From positions 41,726,001 through 41,790,000 of the forward strand of contig NC_042997.1 in assembly GCF_006345805.1 (NCBI RefSeq): DNA of 64,000 bases, read 5' to 3'. The DNA comes from Octopus sinensis (Eukaryota). Shown one piece after another: positions 1 to 12,239 of the stretch. Positions within the stretch are counted from its first letter, which is position 1, and each line of letters opens with the position of its first letter. The notes below the pieces were generated by a model. It made no database searches and had not been told where the DNA came from. It was given only the letters and a program-made list of their open reading frames with translations. A program made the position numbers and the translations under genes.

Positions 1-95
1 AGCCTGGTGCAGCCTCTGGCTCACCACTCCTCAGTCAAGCCGTCCAACCTATACGAGTATGGAAAGCAGACGTAAAACGATGATGATGATGATAT
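1..95 (+). mobile_element. 3' end of an RTE-tailed SINE/LINE with (GAT)n tail
   Basis: ccgtccaacc...gtatggaaagcagacgtaaaacgatgatgatgatg; the same terminal motif recurs at ~1365-1405 (+) and ~46980-47200 (-). Confidence 0.6.
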
Positions 96-118
96 ATATA
101 TAAGACATATATGTATAA

Positions 119-238
<120 letters not shown>

Positions 239-343
239 TATTAGAGGCAAAAGGACAACAAAATCCAAGGCAGGGCAGGCATCTCAATTCATTTAGAATA
301 TTTAACTAGGGTAAGGTAAATTGGAACTCTTACATCTGTTTCT

Positions 344-487
344 GGGTTATCCCAAGTGATAGGCTAGCATGTCCATACACTGGGTATTCCATCATCATAG
401 ACAAGGCGAGCATATATGAAAGTTATAGACAGGGAAAAAAAGAGTACCCAGTGTATGGCCATGCTAGCCTATCACTTGGGATATCCC
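344..487. repeat. Inverted repeat, ~46-bp arms with ~52-bp spacer
   Basis: gggttatcccaagtgataggctagcatgtccatacactgggtattc pairs with gagtacccagtgtatggccatgctagcctatcacttgggatatccc (3 mismatches). Confidence 0.85.
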
Positions 488-2399
488 TAGTTCCAGTCTC
501 AAATGTGAACTTGTAACCTAAAGGATGACCAATTATCACACTTACACACACGTCTCAAATCTACACCGTCAGCCATTTGTGCTACTCTCAAATATTTATC
601 TCTCCCCTATCATTCCTCTAACATCATCTTCATATTACCCATGCCCCTACTGCCAGACCACTATTACCCCTACTTCTTTTCTTCCATCTCTCAATCACAC
701 ACTCTTCCTTTTGCTCTACTCTCTCTTATTGCTGTGACAAACATTAGCAGTAAATCTCTTCTCTTCACCATTCTATCAATGAAACTAAAGATGCTACTGG
801 ACCTAACCCACCTTTTTCATATAATTGTTATGCTGGATCCCTCACCCATCCCAAGGTATACACGTAAGGGACCTTTTTCTGTTTGGTTTTGACATCAGTC
901 AGTCTCATGAATTCTCCACTTCTTTCTACGCATCATCCGCCCACGCCCTCTCTTATCCTCTCAACACAATCTCTCTGTGTTCTGCCATCAAACACACTTG
1001 CTAACCAACTCAGTTCTTCATTGCTCTTCTCTTCAGTCCCTCAACTCCATAACCCTGAGTGAATGAACAAATCATAGAATGGTGAAGACTTTCTAATCTT
1101 ACAGTGTACAGGGTGACTCCACTTCTGTAGGTACCCGTGTAACTCCACCCAGAACACACTGTAAAATGACCTATGAGTGAATGAAGACCAGATATTGAGG
1201 GGAACCTTTAGTTTTATCAAGGACATGGCAATCGTATCTAGTGATGGTGCCATGGTAATGTTCACCCAGTACACTCTGTACAGTGGTTGGTGTCAGGAAG
1301 AGCATCCAGCTGTAGAAAGAAAACCAGAAAATGTAACTTCAACAAAGATATTCTTTGAGTCATCCAACCCATTCCAGCATGGAAAGTGGGGGTAAAATGA
1401 TGTTGATCATACATACGTACGTATGGATGTAGCAATACACATGAGTGCATCTTTTGTGTATATATTATACACATTCATTCATATACATGTATGTGTATAT
1501 AAATAAATATACAATTAGATTAAAGTCGAATATAATTATTAATGAGAGTTTTCGTAGGATTTTCTTCCTAGAAGTAAATCAAGTCGAATGGCACAAGTGA
1601 AACATAAATTGCAATTTAATTTCGAGTTGAAATATTTGTAATTATCTGCTTTTCTTTGTCAACAACAAAAGCATTTACTTATAGTTTCTTTAAAAAATAT
1701 GTTGTTGTTTAGTCCATGTAGATTCAGAGAGGAGACACCTTGAAGAAGATCATTTGTAGCTTTCATCCCTCCTGGGATCAATTATTTTTTTTCTAGGCCA
1801 AGGAGGAAGTGGAGGATTATTATGATGATGATAGTAACAAGAATATCATTAAACACCCCACCAATATTTCCTAATCAACACCACTAAACCCTCAATACTT
1901 CATAAGAAACTACATCAAGTTAGATCCCTTCTAACACCAAGCAAAACTTACTTCACCAACCAAACCCTTTTTTCATACTAACACATCTTTCTCATTGCTA
2001 CCCAAACATTGTCTCTTAAATTAAATATAATTAAGATGAACCTACCTTTCATTAATTGTATTTATTCATTAACAAATCTTTATTAACTTTATCATGAACA
2101 AATAATAACGATCCTCTCAACATGCTGTGTATCAGTGTGATTATATGAAACCCCATCTTTTGGTAAGCTTTCCAAGTTAATAAATGTTGTGTATGATAAT
2201 TGTGTGGATTGTGTTGAAATGTTGGGAGATGATTTACAGCAATTTGTCAGGTTAAGAACAGTTTTATCTCCAGCTTTATTGATATCTGTTAATCTAGGTA
2301 AATATTATGGAAACCAAGCCGACCATGGCTGTCACATCATTTCCAGTACATATAACCATTAGTAATACTTATATTCCATCTAACTGGCAAAATGCACCG

Positions 2400-2700
2400 T
2401 CCAAGTACCAATCTCAAAATCCTAGCTGTCCCCTTTTGGGCTTGCTCTGCACTCATGTCAATTCTTATTTCTCTCACATATTTCTTGAATTGGTTGTTAG
2501 TGCTCCGAGTGTCCCCTACAACTAATGGGATCACAGACACTCTCCCCATAGTCCACCTTCTTGCACTTTCGTCTCTTAGTAATCTTTACTACTTCAGTGC
2601 GTCCCCAGGTATTGCAATATCTATAATCTTGGTCTCCTTCTTTTCTTTATTACTATTACAATATCTTGTCTCTCAGCATCGATTAGGGAGCCACATTGTA
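2400..2700 (-). mobile_element. Degenerate restriction-like endonuclease (RLE) domain of a non-LTR retrotransposon
   Basis: Minus translation gives KIIDIAIPGD followed by ..GTLGAL, with stops. Confidence 0.6.
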
Positions 2701-2719
2701 TTGTAAAATCACACAGTAT

Positions 2720-3480
2720 CATGTATTACCTGTTCTCGAGGACTCATTATTATTATTTGTCTTTGCACAGCTTCTAATGCTGGAGATGTATTACAGTGTC
2801 AGCTGTTCACTGCCAGTAAACTAAGGTAACACCCCTTATTTTTCAAGCACCATCCAAAGTTATTTGAGCGGTTTCAAGTAGTTGTATTTTATGCAAATGA
2901 ACCACACTTATTGCAGCCCCTATTTGTTCCATGTACTTCAAGATTTTTACTGTTCCTAGGGCTCTGCCAATTATTGGTACTACCATAACCTTTTTTTAGC
3001 GACTACAACTGCTCAACCTCCCAAGATAAACTGTTATATCTATCGACTTTCCTTTCTTCCTTATCGCATACCTTGTCAGCTGGCCATGCTGTATCTATCT
3101 ATATCTATGTTCCTGCATAGTTTGCTTTCTTTCTCAATTAACACTATGTCTGGTTTCCTATTCTCTATCTCATGGTCGCACAGAATCATAAATTCACACA
3201 GGATCTTTGCATTATTACTTTCGATGATACCTTCGGGGTTTATGCTCGTACCATATTTTTGCTCTGTCAAGTCCATGCTTGTTGCAAAGTGTCCAATGAA
3301 CAATCCTTGCTATATTGTCACAACGTCTCGTTCTTTCTGGGCTAGTGGCGTACATTGACTGGTAATATGTCATATGCTTTCACCATTTTGTTCACAAATT
3401 CTGCAATTATCACATTCTAAAATGTAATTGGTTCTTAATGCTTGCTTTTGTGCAGCACAGATCAGAACGTCAGTTTCCGG
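2720..3480 (-). mobile_element. RLE-clade (R4/Dong/NeSL-like) LINE 3' fragment
   Basis: ILCDHEIENRKPDIVLIEKESKLC..IDI (PD..D motif) preceded by a degenerate Cys/His zinc-knuckle region; frameshifts and stops. Confidence 0.75.
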
Positions 3481-4189
3481 TTTAAAATCACTTTTAGTCA
3501 TTCACAGCCAAATTTTTCCTCTGTTAGTCTTATCTTCAATATCCCTATGAAATTGTCTACGCATCGTTTTCTTTATCCACCTATTTTCAGTTTTAATCAT
3601 ACTCGAGCGCTTATCATTATTTCATTGTCTTTGCAGAACTTCAAACGCTCGAGATGTACTATGGTGTCAGCTGTGTGTGCCTTATGTATGGGTTGTGGTT
3701 TGTTGTGGTGCTCTTATATTTACTGTATTGAAATTGTTTCACATAGGATGTGTGTGGTGTCTAGTAGTGCTATTTTCTCCATGTTATATAGATTTGTTAG
3801 CCCTTGTGTTTTGGTTATGTATTTGTCTAAATGTTGTTTTTTATATCATACAGAAATAATTCCTTTAATTATTAAAAGAATTATTTCTGATTTTAGGATC
3901 CACATTCAAGGCAACTCAATTTCCAGATATTATTTTTGCCTCCATTTCTTGCAGATCTTCCCGACACATAGGACAGGGAAACACACGGTATACATTGGTA
4001 GGCCATTAAAATAAACACATCAGATTGTTCTTTTACAAAGTCGAGAGACAGAGAAAGAAGGGAAGAAAGACTGAAATTTTTTTTTTTTAAATTAAAAAGT
4101 GAAACAAAGAAACTAAATGGAAAAAAGGAAAGAAAATTCACAGCGACAAAGCACTTTTCAGTGTAACCAGTTACCAATTAAGACAACCT

Positions 4190-4530
4190 TATGCACTTCC
4201 TGCATGGATGGTAATCCAGGGATCATTCTTTTATAAATTCCAGTTCCCTTTTTTTTTTAATCATTCCAAGTGCTCCTACAGTCACTGGTATTGTAACCAT
4301 CTTGTGATGCCACATCTTTTCGATTTCTATTAGCAAATCTTTATATTTTCTGATCTCATCAAAACCTTCTGCAGAGATATAATGGTCACTGCGTATGTGC
4401 ATGTCAATCAATAAACAGACTTTATTGTTTTGGTCTTTCACAACAAAATCTGGTTGATTTGCTTTGATGCTCCGCTCTGTATATACTGGAACGTCTCAAA
4501 CAATCATTACATTTTCTCCCTCAGTTACAG
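4190..4530 (-). mobile_element. RLE-clade LINE 3' fragment
   Basis: ORF 4223-4441: VCLLIDM...KYKDLLIEIEKMWH..IPVTVGALGMIKK. Confidence 0.75.
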
Positions 4531-4540
4531 CCTCAGGGTG

Positions 4541-5600
4541 TATTATTATTATTATTATTATTATAACTATATATTTGACTTTTGCATTGTATTTGTACAA
4601 GTTGGCTCCAAATCTCACCCAGAGACCTCAAGAGACAAGTTAGAAATTCAAGTTGGTATTATGCCTAGGGTGTCATATATTCGGTTTTGCACATAGTATT
4701 GTTCTAGAGAATGTTTAAGAAGACATAAGAAAATTATGAGTGTGTTTTGAAATGAGATTACATAGAAAGTATTTTACATAGGGTATGGGCAGTTCCCATG
4801 AGCACTATCTTTTGAATTTCTGCTATTTTGGGGTTTCCTGGTATCTAAGCTAGGTAGCAATCAGCCCCTTTTGCTATCATTCCTAGGGCACCTATGACAA
4901 CAGGTATTGTTTTAGTCTTCAGGTTCCACATTTTGCCAGATTTCTATTTCAAGATCTTTATACTTGACCAATTTTTGGTAGGTCTTGACAGATACATTTA
5001 TATTGAACAGAACAGTCATATCAATGAGGAGGCATGATTTTTGTCTGAAGTCTTCTAATATAATATCTGGCCTATTTGCATCAGTCTTTCTGTCAGTTTG
5101 AATGAAGTTCCACAGGAGTGAAATGCAATCATATTCAAGCATTGGAGGTGGTTTGAGTTCCCACCAGTTTTTATCATGGGGCAGGTCCAGGTTTTTGCAA
5201 ATTATCCAGTGAATATACTGTGCTGCTCTTTCATGCCTGTTGAGATACACTGTAGGCACACAAAGACTGCACATGGAGACATCATGATCAATGGTTTCAT
5301 TTTGTTGTTGACATGTTGGGCAGCAGCCGTTCTTTAATATGTTGGCCTGGTAGTTTCTTGTAGGTAAGCATTGACATTGGGCTGCTATGATAAACCCTAC
5401 ATTGGGAATCTACTTGGTTTTATGTCAATCTTGGCTTTTATCTAATTAGTCATTAATGCTTAATCCTATGCTGCTACCACCAAACTTTCCACCTCCCTTT
5501 TTAAGCCTTTCTTTCTGCAACCATACCCATGTCTTGCTTCTACTATTTGCTGCATTATCTTTGGGAATTTACCATCATAGTCTCCTCTTGTCAGTTACAT
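4541..5600 (-). mobile_element. RLE-clade (Dong-like) LINE 3' fragment with (TAA)n tail
   Basis: ORF 4912-5274: RHERAAQYIHWIIC...ANRPDIILEDFRQKSCLLIDM..KYKDLEIEI; (TAT)n at 4541-4565 reads as a (TAA)n tail on the minus strand. Confidence 0.8.
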
Positions 5601-5649
5601 AATTTCTATGCATTTGTTCTGGTTTTTAACTTTATTCATTCATTCATTT

Positions 5650-6180
5650 ACTATTATCATTATTATTATTATTATGATCACCATCATTATTATCACTATT
5701 ATTAATAGGATGATGGTGAGATAATGAAAATATTACTGGAAACTTTCATAATTTATGATGAATTTTACGTATAATAAATACTCATAAAAACAAGATTAAC
5801 AAGTTTAGGATGATAATTGTAATAACAAATAGAAGAGATGTAGCTGATGATGAAGTCAACGATGAAAAGGTTGATGATGTGGATGATGATGATGATAAAA
5901 AAATAAATTTTGAAAGTAAATCCAATGACAGATGAGAATGATAATTATGGTAATGAAGATTATGATGAAGCCGTTGGTGATGATGATGGCAGTAGATGTG
6001 GTCGTGCTGGTAGAAGTTATGCTGACGGTGAAGATGTGTTAGAGTAGTGGTAATGGTGTTGGTGGTGATTGTGATATGATGTGGACGAAGGTGGTAGTGA
6101 CAACGAAAATATGATTTTAATGATGGCGATGATGTTGAATAATTATGACCAGTGACAACAACAACAACATGAGCAAGAAC
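5650..6180. repeat. Low-complexity (GAT/GGT/ATT)-rich tract
   Basis: Degenerate trinucleotide runs; source of the His-rich ORF 5782-6198. Confidence 0.85.
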
Positions 6181-6456
6181 AATGTGGATAATCCACAAGG
6201 TTTTTTTTGTTTTTTATTGTTTATTTCCTCCTTGTGTTCCTTTCTCTTGAAGAGAATAGGCTCAAAACATAAGACTTCTTCACTTACTCAAACATCAAAC
6301 TAATACACCTGTTTGTGGTTTATACACCTGCCATCGTCTTTTGTTTTTCTGCATATTTCAACTATATATGTATATATATATAGCGGTGTGCCCCAGCATG
6401 GCCACAGCTTGTGAGCTGAAACTAGAATCAATCAATCAATCATATGTACATATGTA

Positions 6457-6512
<56 letters not shown>
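6457..6512. repeat. (TA)n microsatellite flanked by SINE fragments
   Basis: Direct reading; cagcatggccacag at ~6396 and tttgactgcagccatgctggagcac at ~6538 match the SINE at 41565. Confidence 0.9.
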
Positions 6513-6517
<5 letters not shown>

Positions 6518-7399
6518 TCTTTTACTTGTTTCAATTATTTGACTGCAGCCATGCTGGAGCACCTCCGGTACAGCAGTTTAATACCAGAGGTAGGGGTATA
6601 AATTACAAATTAAATAGAGAAATACAATTGACAATGTAACAATTTATTTACATAAGAGAGGATAACAAAGAAAACAAACAAAAAGCCAACAATTTGTTTC
6701 AACATATAAAATATTTGATTTATAAGTCACTTCAGGGAATTGGTTCAAAAAGACAGACAAAATTCCATACACAAGGAATGTTACATTACAAAATACTCGT
6801 TCCAAATCCCTTTGTGTTGACAGTTCAAATACATAAAAGAACAACAAAATGAAAACAAAAAAATAATTACGGAATTTTACAACAGTCGAAATGTTTTTAT
6901 GTATCTCCAATAATATTAATTTAAATGTATTTAAGTCGAATCCCTGACCAGTTTTAATAATATATAAAAGCAAACAATATAGAGATAAATAAAGTATTGA
7001 ATTTTCAATTAGTTTCGGAGACAGTAATAGATTTATTTTCTATAATGAATCAAATTTTATTTTACAAATATGTATATGCGAGTTTGAAAGAAAGAATTTC
7101 CAGTATATCAACCAATTATTTAGTTACATGCAACTTTCTCATTTACTTCAATAAACACCTCAAAGCAACTAACACATGATTGGTCTTAGTTACATATTCT
7201 ACCAAAGGGAGAACTCCATAAAAAAAAAAAAAAACATATGTATATATATTTTTAGAGATATAACTCCCATTGCTCTAGCTTCTACCGGACTTGGCAGTTA
7301 CATTTGGGAATTGAAAGACAAAACGTTAGTTACAACAAGATCATTTTCCTTTACTATTGATACAACCAGTGCCTTCCGATACAAATGAGATGGTTTCAC

Positions 7400-7816
7400 C
7401 TATTGATGCCTAGAAATTATTTGTAAAGGATAATATGATGACACACATTGTTGAAGAAACAAATAGATATGCTGATCAAATTCTTGGGACTCAAATGGTA
7501 ACTAGAAAGTCATTTCTGTCACAGTTGTTCCCAACAAATAATGATGAATTGATGAAGATTTTCGGTATCATCATTAATATGGAAGATGTCAACATGCCAA
7601 CATTGGAGCATTACTGGTCAAAGAAGAAGGTATACAACTATAACTTTGTAAAGGATAATATAACAAGAAACCGATTTTTCTTGCTTCTATGAATGTTGCA
7701 CTTCAATGATAAACTTCTGAAAAAAAAATACAGAAGATTGCATAAAATTCAACGAGTCCTTGATATGCTAAAAACCAACTTTAAATCTGTGAACTCTTCA
7801 GGTGAAAAACTAGTGA
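7400..7816 (+). mobile_element. piggyBac (PGBD4-like) transposase relic, N-terminal part
   Basis: IVEETNRYA...ELMKIFGIIINM..MPTLEHYWS...ITRNRFFLLL*MLHFND..RLHKIQRVLDML...SGEKLV; breaks just before the expected first catalytic Asp (LVIDE). Confidence 0.85.
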
Positions 7817-8575
7817 GTTATAGTGGAAGGCAGACCTCCAATATGTTTTGCATGTGGAGTAAGGGGTCACATGAAAGCCAAGTGTCCCCAGATACATGAA
7901 CAGGAGGAGGCAGAGAAGGAGATATTGTAATGGCAGGAGGAAAAGGAGTTGACAGTGGTAGAAAGGAAGAGAATAAACATTGAAACTCCACCTAAAAATA
8001 AAAGAAAGACTGAGGAAAATAAGAGTGAAAAAAGAAGAATCAACAGGAGAACGAACGCAAAGACCAGAGCTTTCAACGAGTAAGGAGGAGGAAAGAAGGT
8101 TGAAGAGACCTAGAAAGAGAGAAAGAGGAACAAATAGAGAAAGAAATAGTAACAACAGAGGCCGAGAGTGAAGTGATAGAGCCGAGAAAGCCACTGAAGG
8201 GGAGATAGGAAAGAGTTCTGGTTGCATATGGAAAGAGCATGGAAATAGAGAAAAGAAATCCCACGATGAAAGGTGTAATAAGGATTAAGCTGGCCGAAGA
8301 GGAGGGGAAATGGAATGAGAAAGCAGTGTTGTTTGAAGATGAGAGAGAGCAAGAAGATTGAGAGAAATATTCAGAGACAGGATAGAAATAACAGCATTAC
8401 GATTTAGATATGACGAACTACCATCAGTGATAGAGTTCGTGGAATTAATAGAATTTATGGTGTGAACAAGGTACAAACTGGAAAAACAATTATTTAAAAA
8501 CAGTAAAATGGAACTTCCTACTTTGCGGGGGTAGGAAAGCCATTTCATTCTCATTATTTTCATAATTCATTCGTT
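7817..8575 (+). mobile_element. ORF1-only retroelement E1 (CCHC knuckle, K/E/R-rich linker, short C-terminal domain) inserted in piggyBac
   Basis: VIVEGRPPI-CFACGVRGHMKAKC (CX2CX4HX4C, 7844-7885); no RT follows; ttcataattcatt at 8559-8571 is shared with the 3' UTR of element E3. Confidence 0.7.
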
Positions 8576-9006
8576 ATTTGTACAGCAAATGGATACACAC
8601 CAAATGTGCAAGGTTAGGTTACTGGTAACCTAACCAAAGAACCAGAGCATGATCATTCAGAGTTTAATGTCCTGCAACTAACAAAATATCTCCTTTAAAA
8701 AGGGATGACCATTTATGCTGAAGATTTTTATTCATTTTTACCACTACAATTGGGGTTGACACATCTGACCAAACAACTTGTTATAACTCCATCCTCAGAA
8801 AAAGTATGGAAGTGGTACAGACAACTTGGTCTTGAACTACTGTTAGCAACATCAATGGTGAATACCTGGCTGATATATAACCAATTTTTCCAGCAGAGAA
8901 ACAAAAAGATGTCTATTTTGAATTCAAAGAAAGCATTCTCATGTCTAATTTGTGAAATCACCCAAAAGAAATTGAAACCAGTGTTTCTAGAAAGCGCAAG
9001 TCTCAC
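8576..9006 (+). mobile_element. piggyBac transposase relic, C-terminal core
   Basis: ICTANGYT; KGMTIYAEDFYS (cf. typical GY.LY.DNFYTS); KVWKWYRQLGLELLLATSMVNTWLIYN...KKMSIL. Confidence 0.8.
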
Positions 9007-9480
9007 GAGCTAAAACTCAGAAAGGGATAAAGGCTCTTTGATGTAGTGGTAGCTAGTTATCTAGTCCAGCAGACAGCCAATTTTGACTTTAAAAACAAAT
9101 GAGACATAACTCCATTGGACCTCCTTAAAAATGCGAAGTCCAAAGAAAAATTAAAGACATTATTTCCACCACAAATACTATGTAGGTTGTGTGAAGTTAA
9201 TACATGAAATTCCATTCCAGGGGTCATGTTAAAAAGTAAATCATAGCAAGTTCAGACTCCAAACATTAAAGAAAAGGAAGTCCAAACAGTGGCAGAGTAA
9301 GTTGAGACTTCAAAGATTGAAGAGAAGAAAGTCCAAATGGTGACAGCAATATGTGTGTGTGTGTGTATGGAGAAGGTCCTCACGACATCACAGACAGTCG
9401 AATGTGCAAAGGTCGGGGACAAGAAAGTACAGACCGTTTGACAGCCATTAGAGGCTACATCCCAGTAAGTTGATTCCTAA

Positions 9481-9762
9481 AACCTCGAAGAGAAGGATCT
9501 CCTGAAGGTGTCACTTCAGTTAGGAAGTAATTGGTAGCAAGTAGCTATTTTCTTGGGAATTAAAACTATTGACCTGCAAATTATCAAGCATAACAATCCT
9601 TTGAACATTGTAAAATAAATCTACCAAATGCTGTTCAAATGGTATCGAAGTAGTAATCTAGAGAAACGGCCACACAAATCACGGGAAGAGGCTTTTAAAG
9701 AAAGTGAGTGCTTAACAGCACTTAAATATCTATCACTAGACAAAGAAGGGAGATGTGTGTAA
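9481..9762 (+). pseudogene. Death-domain coding remnant (unit 1; present in all 9 units)
   Basis: NLEEKDLLKVSLQLGSNW*QVAIFLGIKTIDLQIIKHNNPLNIVK*IYQMLFKWYRSS...EEAFKESECLTALKYL; W..(V/L)A..LG and ML..W pattern of death domains; both internal stops occur at the same positions in all copies. Confidence 0.75.
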
Positions 9763-10717
9763 ATGTTGTTGCTCTTTAGTCCCAGGCCTAACTTCACTAA
9801 ACAGTGACCCATGATTAAATTCCTTCAACCAGAAACATCCTGTCTTTTCCTAAATGTAAACAATCCAGAACCACATTGCCCAATATATTCTTTAAGGTGG
9901 TAAGGTATGAATTGAAAAGGATTTAGCAATTAAATCTTGCAGATCTCTACCGTATATTGACACCTTTAATAGTTTGGCTCCCTTATTTGGGAATAACCTT
10001 TGAACTAAAGAACTTTGAAATGTTCAAAAAACAAAAAGAATATTGTTTTCCAACATTACCCCTCAGCAGACTGAAAGTCGATAGTATAACAAACGAGTAT
10101 AAAGCAAATGTCCCAGAAAAAGCCGTGTTAACAAGAACTAAATGTTCATACAAGGGCAAGAAAAAAAGCTAATCAAATGAAGTAGGAACAAACATGGCAA
10201 ATTACTGACACTTGCAATGCCATCTCATCGTATAACATGCTTCAAGTTACAGCAATCCAAGTAATCAGGGAAAAAAATAGGCTAACGATTTCTGTTGGTA
10301 ATTTGCTGAAGGAAAAGTTTATTCTATAACATTTTGGGATCTATATTTGTTGATTTGTCTTTTCTTATTATTGATCAGTTTTGATAATGAATCAGGAATA
10401 TGTTATAAATTTGCCAAATCTAGTTATTGTCCTTCATTTCTAAAACATAAATCATACAGAGTTCATTAGAATATCAGTTTTTAAAAATTTATACTGTGTA
10501 CCAATAGTGGTACATGATGCATAATGGGGCAGTTACCAATGTACCATATATGGCGCACGATGTGGTTAAATTGTTAAGAGAACACATGATCAAGCGATGC
10601 TTCAATTGGACCTATGCACAGTAACCAAGTGGCCAGATGAGTGTCCGTATGGCTCACGATATCCACAACCGGGACAGCATCAAGGTCACTGCATCACAGC
10701 CTTGCCACTGAACTGCA

Positions 10718-10916
10718 TGATGTGGATATTCAGAAAAAAAAAAAAAGACACCATTGCTTGAAGCCGTTTCCCACGGTCACCTAGGAATGAAACAAGCTAA
10801 TAGCCCTGGGTGCAGACATAAATGCTGTTGATGGTGATGGTAAAAGCTGTTTTCACCTTGCTGTGAAAAGAAAAGTTTTTAATTCCGAGGGTGCATCCAT
10901 GGATTTACTAAACGGA
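10718..10916 (+). pseudogene. Ankyrin-repeat exon A, genomic form with GTAAGT donor; 10 copies in the array
   Basis: DVDIQKKKKKTPLLEAVSHGHLGM..KLIALGADINAVDGDGKSCFHLAVKRKVFNSEGASMDLLNG then GTAAGT at 10917; full 210-nt form with polypyrimidine/AG acceptor at 25428-25637, 28863-29072, 31943-32152, 35025-35234. Confidence 0.85.
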
Positions 10917-10984
10917 GTAAGTTTTTAAATTGTTTGCGTATATATGTGTGTGTGTGAGTGTGTGCGTGTGGCTGTGTGATTTTG

Positions 10985-11688
10985 CCCTCCCCCACCAAAG
11001 GAAAAGGAAGTTGTCACGGAGCCCCATAAGAAAGGGAGAACCAGACAGAAAGGGCAGCAACTGAAGAGGAGGAGATCCAGCAAGAGTGGGAAGAAGGGAA
11101 AAAAAAAAGGGAAAAGAAAGAAAAAAGAAAACAGTACGAAACCCCAACCCACCCACGCCCTCTGAGTCCCATCCTTCTCCTGCAAACAGCGATTCCACCC
11201 ACTCCCCGCCTACAAGAAAAACTAAAACAAGTGCAGACACACAGAACGAACAAAGCCCCAAGTCCTATTTTTTATGTGTTGTGAAGGAAAAGGACACGCA
11301 GAACTCGAAAAGGTTGGTACATAAAGACTTATGGCGCGAACATGAAGATGGTAGTTACGCGGTTTTGGAATATGAACTTATGGAGATATTGGTGAGGAAG
11401 TGTGAAGAAGAAGGTATAAAGTGGATGACAGCGCCAATGCAGGATGAAATAATAGAGATGTATGAAAGGGAAACAAAGGGTGTGATAAGAAAGGACGGAA
11501 TTGTAATTGGAAATGGGTGATAAAGGACAGGTAAGTGATGCTGGCAGATGGGGCCGTTAGCATCGCTTTTCATATTATCATTTTTTCATTTAATTATTCA
11601 TTGGTCATAATTTTAATTATAATGTTCTTTGTCCCCAATGTTTTGTAATGTCCCCTCTTCGTCGCCCCTTGTGGGTGATAAAGAAATA
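10985..11688 (+). mobile_element. 5'-truncated ORF1-like retroelement E2 in a TG-rich tract (copies 14581-15265, 18133-18817, 21702-22405)
   Basis: K/E/P-rich ORF (to 11520), ~170-bp UTR ending gccccttgtgggtgataaagaaata; flanked by the imperfect duplication tgtgtgattttg/tgtgtgaatttg; empty site at ~25680-25700. Confidence 0.8.
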
Positions 11689-12239
11689 GTGTGTGTGTGA
11701 ATTTGTGTATTTGTGAGTCTTTGTGTGAGTGTGAGAGAGAGACAGACAAACTTTGCTTGTCATGTATCAATTATCCCCTATCAACTCCATCCTCCATTAC
11801 CATTCCGTGATCCAGTCTCCCTTTATGACCCGAGTGATATTATGTAACAAACAATATTCCATCTCCTTTCACTCTCAAAGATGTCGTCTCACCACGGTCG
11901 AGAGGGGACCCATCTCGGTTGTTGGCCATATAAACACAGCCATCACAATGTGACGGAGAAGTGGCCTATTTAATACATGAGATATTATTCTCAATTAACA
12001 ATGATGCAGGATAGAAGAGATGTCAGCTTTATAGTGCTGGTGCCATGGTAAATACATCCAGTCCATTCTATGAAGAATTCTGAGTGAAACTGCTCTCTAT
12101 CCTACTTCTTGTACATGACATGAATCCACTGACTTCTTGTGGATATGTCATAAGAATGTTGTGGTTAAGGTGTTAAGAGAACACATGATAAAGTGATGCT
12201 TCAATTGGACCTATGCACAGTAACCAAGTGGCCAGATGA

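Noticed and set aside
5782-6198. His/Thr-rich 138-aa ORF
   Set aside because: Antisense reading of a (GAT/GGT) low-complexity tract
9957-10172. Recurrent 71-aa MTPLIVW ORF
   Set aside because: Starts at TTG, no recognisable domain, and recurs only because the unit is duplicated; deleted in units 7-8
10560-10715. 150-bp module as a reversed tRNA-derived SINE head
   Set aside because: Only vague A/B-box resemblance on the minus strand and no cloverleaf; kept as an unexplained repeat
10908-11573. Hydrophobic minus-strand ORFs in units 1-4
   Set aside because: Antisense shadows of the purine-rich E2 insert; frame differences between units follow homopolymer lengths and may be sequencing errors
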